Origin: Planctomycetota bacterium
GTDB lineage: Bacteria; Planctomycetota; Planctomycetia; JALXBF01
Reading direction: 5' to 3'
NCBI GenBank assembly: GCA_026991575.1
Contig: JALXBF010000118.1
Location: 62,001 to 126,000, forward strand
Length of the DNA: 64,000 nt
The notes below the pieces were generated by a model. The model worked only from the letters and a program-made list of their open reading frames with translations. It was not told the origin of the DNA and ran no database searches. Positions 1 to 9,584 of this stretch are shown one piece after another. Both the position numbers and the translations under genes were made by a program. The number at the start of each line of letters is the position of its first letter. The first letter of the stretch is position 1.

Positions 1-1113
1 CCCGATCATCCGCGCAGCGGCCATCGCACGACAGGGTGCCTTACTTGAGCAGGACACCGATCTTCCTGTATGTCCTTAAGGCACGGTTCCGCTCAGCGAC
101 AGTAGCTCTGCGCGTAGTCATACTGAGGTGCCTTAGCCCTGGCAGAGGATGCGAAAACGGATGCCATGTCCGGAAGACGCTGGTCGGGAGGTTTGGTTAG
201 CGCTCATGCGGTGTACCATCGAGACAAGCTGCCATCCGATTTGCTGGCTGGTCAACTCGCATCCAGAAGCAATGCCTGCCTTGGCATCTGGCTCGGCACG
301 GATGGGCCAGGCGCGTCAGGGGCTCGGAATGCAGCCCTGGTGACAGCGCCGGTAGCGCTCGACCCAGGGTACCTGGTCGTCATTACGACAGAAAGTGGGA
401 TACGTGTGGGGCCTGAGATGGTCCTACCGGAAAACCGTTACAGCGTCGTGCCAGGGCTGGCGCGCGCCACGTGGCACACGACAATTGTAGCAGGAATGTT
501 GCTTGCAGCATGCCAGCGGTTCCAGTTCACAACGACGGCGTTTGTGGTGCCAGGTACACTGGTTAGACCTACGTCGCTTGCCTATCGACGAAGCGCGGTC
601 ACGCCGTCAATGTGGTACGCATCGTTCTTGTTGGCTCTCCTACGCATGAAGCCAGTCCATATGAGGGCAACTTCCCGTCGCATCCCGGATCGCCTACGCT
701 GCATGAGCGTGGGCACGGCTGGCCAAGTGTCCGACCTGGGGGAGTTGCAGGCATAAGGAGCCTGTGCGTGGTGGCTCGTCGCATGCAGACTACTGCGTGG
801 TCCCAACAGTTTGTGGAAGGGCGACATTCCGGGACGGGGACAGGCCCTCGTTGGGCACAGAGTGTGTGTCTGTGCTTTGCGTCATGCGGCGGTCTTCAAG
901 ACTTCCAGTCCACGGCGGGTTAACCATGATGCTGGCCCGTAGTGAGGCGAGGCACCAACAGGGCGGTGTTCGCTGTGATTGGGCGTCGGCGCGCTTTCAG
1001 CTGGGCGCCGTCGCACGGATGCCGTCAACGATGCTTAGCCTATTCGTGCGTAGAGTTTCGGGAGGGTGGGGCATATCCGTGGCATGATTGGGCATTCTCC
1101 GAGAACTGCCCGT

Positions 1114-1890
1114 TCATGCGGCGGGCCGGTGCACGCGGCGGCGGCGGTGGCAGCGGATGGCCCAGGCCGCGGGAAGCAAGGCCCACAGCAGCACGCTCGA
1201 AGGCTCAGGATTCACGTAGAACTTCACGTCCGCGAAGTGGCCGCGACCGGTGTCCGGGCTCGAACCAGCTCCCCAGAACACGTACGTGCCGCTGTACGAG
1301 AAGCCTTTGTAACCGCTGTGCAGCAACGACCCGTTCACGTACAGGTCGGCCTCAGCCCGGACCGGATCGTAAATCAGTTCGTAAAGGTTGTACTGTCCGC
1401 CGAGTCCGGTTAACGTGTAGTCCACAGAAGGCCCGCTGGGGCCGCCATACAGGCGGACGATCGGATCACCGCCTGTTGTCGTGCCAAAATGTAGCTGCCA
1501 ACTCTTCGTTCCATCCCGGTACAGCACCATGGGAGATCCGCCCGCGGTACCCGAGCCCGATAGCACCCGTATGTACGCACTCAGCTTCCACCCGTAAACG
1601 TTCCCAAGAGCCACCAGCGTTGCCGAAACTGGTGCCGAGTAGCCGCCCAGATCGCCCAGGGCAGTCCCAGTGTCGTATACGTACCAGGCGTCGATTCCCG
1701 TGCCCAGATCGTTCACGACGGGCCCGGCGGTTACCGCTGCTGAGCCGAAATACACCTGAGTCCAGCCTTCGGTGAGCGGATCAGTTGCGCCGGAGTGCGC
1801 TGCGACCAGAATCGAACCACCGTAGACCTGAGGGGCAAGAAAAAGCGGTAGGAGGAACCAAGCACCGAAGAGCAACCGACGTCCGCGCAT
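1114..1890 (-). CDS. PEP-CTERM sorting-domain surface protein with a lectin-like beta-sandwich domain
   Basis: N-terminal signal peptide (MRGRRLLFGAWFLLPLFLAPQVYG). C-terminal NPEPSS motif, then a hydrophobic helix, then an Arg-rich tail (RRRRVHR). Confidence 0.85.
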   Translation of the reverse strand: MRGRRLLFGAWFLLPLFLAPQVYGGSILVAAHSGATDPLTEGWTQVYFGSAAVTAGPVVNDLGTGIDAWYVYDTGTALGDLGGYSAPVSATLVALGNVYGWKLSAYIRVLSGSGTAGGSPMVLYRDGTKSWQLHFGTTTGGDPIVRLYGGPSGPSVDYTLTGLGGQYNLYELIYDPVRAEADLYVNGSLLHSGYKGFSYSGTYVFWGAGSSPDTGRGHFADVKFYVNPEPSSVLLWALLPAAWAIRCHRRRRVHRPAA

Positions 1891-2145
1891 CACACCGACT
1901 CTCCGTCGGCGTCGGGCAGCGGTCCCATCTGCGACATTATCCTATCGACAAGGCGGCTGCCCCGGCAAGCCGAAACGCACCCGGGGTGTGTTCCAGCCTT
2001 TGCAGCACAGCGGGGCCGCCGGGGCAGTGCCTCGGCGTCGCACCGTGTCATGGGGTGGGGTGGGAACCGGCGGGGTGTTGGTCGCGTGGCAAGCGGGAGC
2101 CGGACCAATCAGGCAGCCTATTTCGGCGGACCCGGGCGGCTTCAC

Positions 2146-2333
2146 GCCCACCCCGCCGCAGGTTGATTGGATGGCGCCGTGGTATCCTCGCGGATCTCTT
2201 CTTGTCCTGCCGCCGCGGGCGCAGGCCGCGGCGGCAGGACAGCGCTCGAGAGCCGTGCCGCGGGAGGGCGCGGCCGCAGCACGGCGCCAACAGTTTTTGT
2301 TCCGCTGCGCTATCCAATCAACCTTGTGGGGGG
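2146..2333. ncRNA. Candidate structured RNA or long imperfect inverted repeat
   Basis: Perfect 16-bp stem 2203-2218/2226-2241; 10-bp pairing 2172-2181/2280-2289; 18-bp pairing 2160-2177/2307-2324 with one non-Watson-Crick pair. No credible ORF. Confidence 0.4.
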
Positions 2334-2550
2334 CAAAGACCCCCCAGCCGCCCATTCGAGCAAGCGACGCTTGATCTGCCTGAGAGTTCTCGAAATGGCC
2401 GCGTGCCGTGGGTAGCGCCGCCACGGCCGTCTCGCCGACACACAGTCAGCGGTCCACGGGCAGAGTCGCTCCCGAAGCTGGAACGCTTCTCCGGAGCAGT
2501 GGAATGATCGAGCCCGTGCACTTTGGCGGAGGATCGGTGCGCGCGCGGCG

Positions 2551-3027
2551 TCAGGGCGCTGTGTCGTCGAGGTCGTCGATCAGGCGCCTGAGCTGATCGT
2601 GGGTGAAGTTCATTGGTTGCGGCGAGCGTTTCCTCGTGCTGCGGTCATAGCGGTACCGTCTGAGGGTGGCCCGGCCGGCGGGGCCGTGCACATGGGCTTC
2701 GTAGTATTCCGGGCCTTGAGCGGTTTGGGCTGGAGGGCGGCTGCGAACAATGGCTTCGTTGGCCTGGTCGTCGGTCTCGATTACCTCGACAGGCTCCAGC
2801 AGATACCGGGCGCGACGCGCGAACTCGTCTGCCCAGCGCCGCGCCTGCCCGTTTTCCAACGGGGTCGATCTCGTTGCTTCGACTTCGTCGACGGCGGCCC
2901 CGATGCCTTCGACACGGCGCGCCTTGACCCGCACCTGAGTCCGCCTGCCGTGGACCGTGATATCCACGGGTCCGCCACTGCGTGCCGCTTGCTTCAGCCG
3001 CTCCACGGCACGCGCTCCCACCGTCAT
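2551..3027 (-). CDS. Hypothetical protein, fourth gene of the prkA-yeaH-spoVR operon
   Basis: 158-aa ORF with protein-like composition; its ATG overlaps the spoVR stop (ATGA). Confidence 0.8.
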   Translation of the reverse strand: MTVGARAVERLKQAARSGGPVDITVHGRRTQVRVKARRVEGIGAAVDEVEATRSTPLENGQARRWADEFARRARYLLEPVEVIETDDQANEAIVRSRPPAQTAQGPEYYEAHVHGPAGRATLRRYRYDRSTRKRSPQPMNFTHDQLRRLIDDLDDTAP

Positions 3028-4544
3028 GACGCTCCTCCAAGGATCCGTTTGCGGTGCTCGTTACCGTCGTAGCACAGCAGCACACGACGATCGTCGATGA
3101 TGGTTTCTAGGTAAACGGGCCGGGTCCACAGTTTGAAGACGTTTTGCAGCGTTGCACGGGCGTAGGGAATGTCCAGGTCTACACCAGCGTAACGGTGCCA
3201 CAAGTACAGTTCGCCCCGGTTCTCGTAATTGCCATCCATCACATAAATGGCAGGCCGGCCCAGGTTCGTCAGGCTGAACAGCAGGCGCTCCTTGATCTTT
3301 TTGAACTGACGGCTTTCGATGACATACTGTTCACGGTCCTCGTCATACCGGTAAGCGAACAGGCGATGGCGTTCGCAGAACTCAGGGGTCAAGAACTCAT
3401 CGATGAACGTCACATCGTTATAGATCCGTCGCACTTCGAAGATCTTTTGGCGGCCGAGTCCGAGTTTCTTGTCCCAGTTGCGTCGTGCCTGCCAATCGTC
3501 ACACGCATCATAGTCGGGACCAAACTTCCCTGTGTCCCAGCGGTGTTCGATGTCACGGAACAGTTCGAGTCCGAGCTTGTATGGGTTGAGTCGACCGGGA
3601 TGCATGGCGACCGTGCCGGAGTGGTGGTCCGCGTAATCTACGACTTCCGCGTCACGCAGGCCTTTCTGGGTCATGATCGTCGAGTGCCAGTACGATGCCC
3701 ATCCTTCGTTCATGATTTTGGTCTGGGCCTGAGGGGCGAAGTAGTATGCCTCGGCGCGGATGATCTGCAGGACTTCACGCTGCCAGTCGGCCAGCGGGGC
3801 GTACTCGAGCAGGAAGAGCAGAAGGTCTTTTTCGGGCTGTTCGGGTAGGCGTGCCGGAGATGCTGCTGCTGCCTTCTCCGGATCTTCTGCGTCGTCGTTC
3901 TCCTCCCGCGGGCGCGGGTTGATGAACGGGTCCATGTACGACTTGCTGGGCAGCTTGCCTGGCTGACTGCCAGTGTTGTCTTCCTCTTCCTCTTCTCGCC
4001 CCGGACGCAGGGGGCGCCGCCGAATGAACGGGCTGTGGATGTCAATCTGATCTTCGAGCGACAGGCAAGTGTCGATGAACGCCTCCACGCGGTCGACGCC
4101 CTGCCTGTTCATGATTTCGCGGATGCGAACCGCATGGTTCGCCATCTGATCGATCATCTTGCGGTTGGTGCGGGAAAACCAGATGTTGTTCTTGAAGAAG
4201 TCGCAATGGGCGTAGACATGGGCCATGACGAGTCGCTGATCGGTGAGGCTATTGGAGGCGAGCAGGTAGGCGTAGCAGGGATCGTTGTTGATGACCAGTT
4301 CGTAGATGCGGTGCAGGCCGTACGCGTAGCTTTTCGAGAGCCGCTCATACTCCATGCCCCACCGCCAGTGGGGGTAGCGGACCGGGAAGCCGCCGTAGGC
4401 GGCGATCTGGTTCATTTCGCGGTAGTTGACCAGTTCGAACACGACCGGGAAGAAGTCGAGACCGAAGGAGCGGGCGTGCTGCTCCATCTCGCGTTGTGCT
4501 TCCCTCAGTTCCGGAGGGAATGGTCGTCGCATGGGCCGGGACAT
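3024..4544 (-). CDS. spoVR: SpoVR/YcgB family protein
   Basis: Motifs [58 protein letters not shown]. Confidence 0.95.
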   Translation of the reverse strand: MSRPMRRPFPPELREAQREMEQHARSFGLDFFPVVFELVNYREMNQIAAYGGFPVRYPHWRWGMEYERLSKSYAYGLHRIYELVINNDPCYAYLLASNSLTDQRLVMAHVYAHCDFFKNNIWFSRTNRKMIDQMANHAVRIREIMNRQGVDRVEAFIDTCLSLEDQIDIHSPFIRRRPLRPGREEEEEDNTGSQPGKLPSKSYMDPFINPRPREENDDAEDPEKAAAASPARLPEQPEKDLLLFLLEYAPLADWQREVLQIIRAEAYYFAPQAQTKIMNEGWASYWHSTIMTQKGLRDAEVVDYADHHSGTVAMHPGRLNPYKLGLELFRDIEHRWDTGKFGPDYDACDDWQARRNWDKKLGLGRQKIFEVRRIYNDVTFIDEFLTPEFCERHRLFAYRYDEDREQYVIESRQFKKIKERLLFSLTNLGRPAIYVMDGNYENRGELYLWHRYAGVDLDIPYARATLQNVFKLWTRPVYLETIIDDRRVLLCYDGNEHRKRILGGAS

Positions 4545-4568
4545 GGCGGTCCTCCAGCGGTGCGCGCG

Positions 4569-5672
4569 TCAGCGTCCCTTGCCCAGGAACACTTTCAGTG
4601 CGTCGTAGATGTTCTCTCGATCGCGAATCTCGGCTAGAGCGACGTTTTCCGCTTCGCCCACGGCTTCCTCCAGGTAATGCAGGAACAACCCACTGCCGTA
4701 CGGGCTCTCGACTTGCCCGTAGCAGAACAGGTTGCACGCGGGCAGCAAGTCCTCCTTCACGATGCGAATGGCATCGTTGTTGTCTTCTCCCCAGTTGTCG
4801 CCGTCGGAAAAGTGGAACGCGTAGATGTTCCACTCTTCGGGCGGGAAGTTCTGGCGAATCAGTTGGGCACAGAGCCGGTAGGCCGACGAAATCTTTGTGC
4901 CGCCACTTTCTCGAATGTGATAGAACGTCTCGCGATCAACCTCTGCCGCTTCCGCATCGTGTACGATGTAGCGGACCTCGACCCCCTTGTAGTGGGCTCG
5001 CAGCCAGGTGTCGATCCAGAAGGCGGTGATCCGGACAATCTCTTTCTGGTCGTCGGTCATCGATCCGGACACATCCATCATGTAGATGATGACAGCGTTA
5101 GCCTCGGGTTGTTGGATCCATTTCCGTGCCCGGTAGCGCTTGTCTTCTGGGAAAGGAACGATCTTGGGGCGCTGTGGGTCGTACTCTCCGGAGGCGATCG
5201 TGCGGCGTAATGCCTGCTTGAGCGTGCGTTTCATGTGCCGCAGCGACTCCGGGCCGGTCTGGCGGATGCTCGTGTATCGCGGGGACTGCTCGACGATGTT
5301 CTTCTTGCCCTTCGGCTCAATGCGGGGCAGTTCGAGTTCCTCGCCCAGCATCTGGGCAAGTTCCTCCAGTTCGATCTCCACTTCCAGGACGTGCTTGCCT
5401 GGCTCCTGGCCCGCCTCGCCGCTGCCGCCGTCGCCGGGGGCGGTTCCGATCGGGTCACCGACGTCACCATCCCCCTGACCCACCCCCCCATTGCCGCGGT
5501 TGCCATGACGGAAGTGGGGGATGTCGATCTGGGGGACCGGGATGGTGACCACGTGGCGGCCGTGTCGCCCGATCAGTTCCTCACGTGTCAAGTATTTGCG
5601 AAGGTTCTGGCGGATCTTGCCCCGCACGATCTCGCGGAAGCGCGCGTTGTCACGTTCGATCCGCTGAATCAC
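4569..5672 (-). CDS. yeaH: YeaH/YhbH (DUF444) VWA-like protein
   Basis: MMDVSGSM MIDAS-like motif, ESGGTKISSAY, WNIYAFHFSDGDNW; lies between prkA and spoVR. Confidence 0.93.
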   Translation of the reverse strand: MIQRIERDNARFREIVRGKIRQNLRKYLTREELIGRHGRHVVTIPVPQIDIPHFRHGNRGNGGVGQGDGDVGDPIGTAPGDGGSGEAGQEPGKHVLEVEIELEELAQMLGEELELPRIEPKGKKNIVEQSPRYTSIRQTGPESLRHMKRTLKQALRRTIASGEYDPQRPKIVPFPEDKRYRARKWIQQPEANAVIIYMMDVSGSMTDDQKEIVRITAFWIDTWLRAHYKGVEVRYIVHDAEAAEVDRETFYHIRESGGTKISSAYRLCAQLIRQNFPPEEWNIYAFHFSDGDNWGEDNNDAIRIVKEDLLPACNLFCYGQVESPYGSGLFLHYLEEAVGEAENVALAEIRDRENIYDALKVFLGKGR

Positions 5673-5711
5673 GAGTCACCTGCCCCGATGACCTGCGTCT
5701 TGCCCAAGGGG

Positions 5712-7763
5712 CTATTTGCGCGAGTCACCGCGTGCAAAGATGCTGGCTACGAAGCTAAGCACGTCCGAAGCACACACCTCACAGTAGCCGTAGTTGCGGA
5801 TGAGCCTTCCTTTGACGATGTCGATCTTCTCCTGAGTTGCTTCGTCGACCACGCCGGTCAGCAGACTGGTCAGCTTGATGGTGTCCTTCTGGTCCTCGAA
5901 CAGCTTCAGCTCGAGTGCCTTGTGCAGCCGCTCGTTCGTGCGGTAGTCGAATTGTTTGCCGTCCAGTGCCAGGGCCCCGATGTAGTTCATGATCTCGCGC
6001 CGGAAATCGTCCTTGCGACTCTCCGGAATGTCGATCTTCTCTTCGATCGACCGCATCAACCGCTCGTCCGGTTCTTCAAGCTGACCGGTGTACTTGTTGC
6101 GCACCTTCTCGCGCAGCGTGTACGCCCGTACGTGGTCGATGTAGTTAGCACACAGCCGCGCGAGGGCTTCCTCGTCGGCTGCGATCGCCCGCTGCACCTC
6201 GTTCTTCACGATGTTCTCGTACTCCTCCTTAACCACCTGGATCAGCTGGCGGCATTCCTGACGCTGCTCCTCGTGCGTGATGAGCGCATGGTGCTTCAGG
6301 CCGTCTTCCAGCTCATTCAGCACCATGAACGGATTGATGCAGCGTTCCTCAGGGTGTGCTACGAGCGCATTGGAGATCTTGTCCTGGACGTATCGGGGCG
6401 AAATCCCCTTCATGCCCTCCCGAGGCGCTTCCTCGCGAAGCTCTTCGATCATGTCCTCCGTGAAGCCAGGCAGCATCTTGCCGTCATACAGGCGCAGCTT
6501 CTGGAGCCTGGTGATGTTGCCCCGCTTGGGATCCTCCAGCCTTGTGAGCACAGCCCACATGGCGGCCATCTCCAGAGTGTGCGGCGCGATGTGCTTGCCC
6601 CGAACGGTCTTCTCGTTGAAGTACTTTTCGTAGATCTTGATTTCGTCCGATAAGCGGGTCACGTACGGGATGTCGATCTTGATCGTCCGGTCCCGAAGCG
6701 CTTCCATGAACTCATTGGATTGCAGCTTCCGGTACTCAGGCTCATTTGTATGCCCGATGATCACCTCGTCGATGTCCGTCTGAGGGAACTTTTTGGGCTT
6801 GATCTTGTGCTCCTGTGATGCACCGAGCAGGTCGTACAGGAAGGCAACGTCCAGCTTCAGAACCTCGACAAACTCAATCAGGCCACGGTTGGCCACGTTG
6901 AACTCACCGTCGAAGTTGAACGCGCGCGGGTCGGAATCACAGCCGTACTCGGCGATCTTGCGATAGTTAATGTCGCCGGTCAGCTCGGTCGAGTCTTGGT
7001 TCTTCTCGTCCTTCGGTTGGAACGTGCCAATGCCGACGCGGTCCTGCTCGGAAAGCAGTAGTCGATACACGCGCACGTCCTGGATGACCTTCAGCCAGTC
7101 GCCATGGTACTTCCGTAACCGTTCGGAGAACATCCGCCGGCAGAACGGGCAGAGATCACCTTCAATGACCACGTGGAAGTCGTCCGGCCCTCGGCCTTCA
7201 TTCAACCAGGCAAGGACCTGCGGCCGCATCTCCGTGGGAACCAGGTGCAGCGGTTCCTCGTGCATCGGACAAGGGGCAAAGTCCCGGCCGTCACCCGGAT
7301 CACGCCAACCAAACGTATACAGAGCCCCCTCGTCAGTGCGGCTGTAGCGTTCCAATCCTTTCTTCAGCAATCGAACAATCGTGCTCTTGGAGCTGCCAAC
7401 CGGGCCATGCAACAGCAACACACGCCGCTCAGGGCCCAGCCGTAGAGCGGCCGACTTGAGCACGTTGACGAGCTCTTGCAGCGGACGCTCAAGCCCGAAA
7501 ATAGCGTCCTGACCGCCGTCATCCGGGTCGTCGAAGAAGCGGTATCGGATCAGCTTCTGTTTGCCGATTCGGATCTCCTCGGTGCCATAGGAGAGGATCA
7601 TGTCGTACAGCCGCTGGAAGGCCGTCCGGGTGACTTCCGGACGCCGCCGCACGATCTCCAGATACTCTTCGAACGTCCCCTCCCAGTACTGCCGCGCGTG
7701 GGCCTCGCGCTGCTGCTCACTAAGGCGCTGCAAGAACGCACGGGTGTCGGTCACGCTGCTCAT
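5712..7763 (-). CDS. prkA: PrkA/YeaG family AAA+ serine protein kinase
   Basis: [52 protein letters not shown] 7763 is preceded by GGAGG. Confidence 0.95.
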   Translation of the reverse strand: MSSVTDTRAFLQRLSEQQREAHARQYWEGTFEEYLEIVRRRPEVTRTAFQRLYDMILSYGTEEIRIGKQKLIRYRFFDDPDDGGQDAIFGLERPLQELVNVLKSAALRLGPERRVLLLHGPVGSSKSTIVRLLKKGLERYSRTDEGALYTFGWRDPGDGRDFAPCPMHEEPLHLVPTEMRPQVLAWLNEGRGPDDFHVVIEGDLCPFCRRMFSERLRKYHGDWLKVIQDVRVYRLLLSEQDRVGIGTFQPKDEKNQDSTELTGDINYRKIAEYGCDSDPRAFNFDGEFNVANRGLIEFVEVLKLDVAFLYDLLGASQEHKIKPKKFPQTDIDEVIIGHTNEPEYRKLQSNEFMEALRDRTIKIDIPYVTRLSDEIKIYEKYFNEKTVRGKHIAPHTLEMAAMWAVLTRLEDPKRGNITRLQKLRLYDGKMLPGFTEDMIEELREEAPREGMKGISPRYVQDKISNALVAHPEERCINPFMVLNELEDGLKHHALITHEEQRQECRQLIQVVKEEYENIVKNEVQRAIAADEEALARLCANYIDHVRAYTLREKVRNKYTGQLEEPDERLMRSIEEKIDIPESRKDDFRREIMNYIGALALDGKQFDYRTNERLHKALELKLFEDQKDTIKLTSLLTGVVDEATQEKIDIVKGRLIRNYGYCEVCASDVLSFVASIFARGDSRK

Positions 7764-8007
7764 GAACCTCGCCTCCCGCCAGGACCGGCGCACGCTGCAT
7801 GGCTGGCGCGGTTGTGCCCGTTCTCTGGCTGATTACTGCCCGCTGGTGACTTGATCTCCGAAACTGGAAGCAGCCCCACGGAAGGGTGTGCAATCCCCCC
7901 GGACCGGACGGAGCGGTCTGCCACCTCGGACCCGCTCCACTATCCCGTCTGGCCGCCGCGCTCCAATGTGCTCGTTGCGGCGCCATCGGACGCTGTGCTC
8001 CTGCTGA

Positions 8008-8013
8008 ATTCTA
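8008..8013 (-). promoter_or_regulatory. Possible sigma70-type -10 box (TAGAAT) for the prkA operon
   Basis: AT-rich TAGAAT hexamer in a GC-rich intergenic region. The same hexamer precedes other genes at 21871, 26671 and 34636. Confidence 0.3.
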
Positions 8014-8458
8014 CCTTGCACTACGCCGATGTGGTGCTCACGTGTTCACCCGTCGATGACTGTGGGGCAAACGTTTCGCGAGCACCGCAATTCCGGGGAG
8101 GGTCTACACACCACGGGAGGGCAGCCGACATGTGCCTCAAACACACACCCGACGCGGACGACTCTGTGGTGGTCTCGCAACGGTGGGCTCATCCAGGCCT
8201 GCGTTCAGGCCACGGCTGTACGCCGCGGTTTGTTTGCACACGGGATAGCCGTCCCTGCCGGCCAGGACTTCCTGTGGCGTCGGGGAGGCATTCGGCTCAC
8301 CGTAGTGCCTCCCGCTACCTACGACACCTAAATTGTGCACCTCGCCTCGCCTCGCGTCAACACGAATTCCAGCCGAACGCGCTGCACAACACAAACTGCT
8401 CCGAACCACACCGCCGGCCGACCACACGCACGGACGCACGATACGGTACCACGCCCAG

Positions 8459-9526
8459 TCACTCCCCGTGCGCTGCGAGCAGCTCGGCCAAGGCCGGGAC
8501 CTGCACCGGGGCGTGCTCTTGCAGACTCCGGGCGACGGCGTCCGTAAACGCCATATAACGCAAGCCGGTGATCGGATCGGTGAAGCGGACCGGAGCGCCG
8601 GAGCGGATTGAGTTGATGAAGTCGGCTTCTACCTGCCAGCCACGCCGCCGCGCGGGAGGAACAGGTAATTCGCGAAATTCACCGCCAGCCTCGGCGACCG
8701 TCACCTCTTCCGTCGTACCAAACCGGCACTGCAACGTGGCTTTGCTTCCATACAGGGTGATCGAAACGCCTGGGCCGCCGTGCGCCACATGGCTCATGTG
8801 GTAGATGCCCATCGCGCCGCCCGGGAAGCGGGCCAGCACATGGACCGCATCCGGCAGCTCCACGGGAACCACCGCTCCGGTCGTCGGGTCTACCCGTTCG
8901 GGTACGAAAGCTTGAGCCTGAGCAAAAACCTCCACCGGGTCGGGCAGCCAGCGGATGAGCGTTTCGTGCAGGATGCCCAGCATCACCATGTTGATGCCGC
9001 TCAGCTCACGCACCTGCCGCCAACTCAGCGGCACCTGCTCATCCGCCCACTGGTCGTTCACCGCGACCACCACCACTTCCCGTAACTTCCCCAGCCTGCC
9101 GCTCTTCAGGTACTCAAGAACCGCATCGTGAATCTCCAGACCGAACGGGCTAGGGACAATCTGCAGTACCAGCTCCGGATGGCGCCGCGCCGCTTCTACC
9201 ATGAGCTGCGCTTCATGCAGAGAGCGTGCCATACGCGCTTCGCACAGCACGTGTTTACCCTGCTCCAGAGCTGCGACTGTGATCGGCGCGTGCAAATAGG
9301 GCCAGGTGCCGATGAGGATCGCGTCGATCTCGGGGTCCCGGACAAGGTCTTGCCATCGCTCATACCGGCGAGGAATGCCGTACTCGGCGGCTGCGCGCTG
9401 GGTCGAAGCAGGCGTACGGTTGCAGACGGCGACGATCTCCACATCGTCGCACCGCTGCAGGCCCGGGACGTGCCGCTCTCGGCAGTTGCGACCGAGCCCC
9501 ACGATCCCGACGCGTATCCGCGCCAT
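8459..9526 (-). CDS. Gfo/Idh/MocA family oxidoreductase
   Basis: IRVGIVGLG Rossmann start; IDAILIGTWPYLH; GKHVLCEARM. Confidence 0.92.
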   Translation of the reverse strand: MARIRVGIVGLGRNCRERHVPGLQRCDDVEIVAVCNRTPASTQRAAAEYGIPRRYERWQDLVRDPEIDAILIGTWPYLHAPITVAALEQGKHVLCEARMARSLHEAQLMVEAARRHPELVLQIVPSPFGLEIHDAVLEYLKSGRLGKLREVVVVAVNDQWADEQVPLSWRQVRELSGINMVMLGILHETLIRWLPDPVEVFAQAQAFVPERVDPTTGAVVPVELPDAVHVLARFPGGAMGIYHMSHVAHGGPGVSITLYGSKATLQCRFGTTEEVTVAEAGGEFRELPVPPARRRGWQVEADFINSIRSGAPVRFTDPITGLRYMAFTDAVARSLQEHAPVQVPALAELLAAHGE

Positions 9527-9584
9527 CCCATCTCCTCCCTCCGCCCGGAATCACGCCACCGGTTGCCACCCGGCGCCACGTATC

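Noticed and set aside
8060..8130. GGGCAAAC...GCGA...CGCAA...GGTCTA...GGCAGCC, resembling a c-di-GMP-I riboswitch
   Set aside because: It is on the + strand while both flanking genes are on the - strand, and the stems pair poorly.
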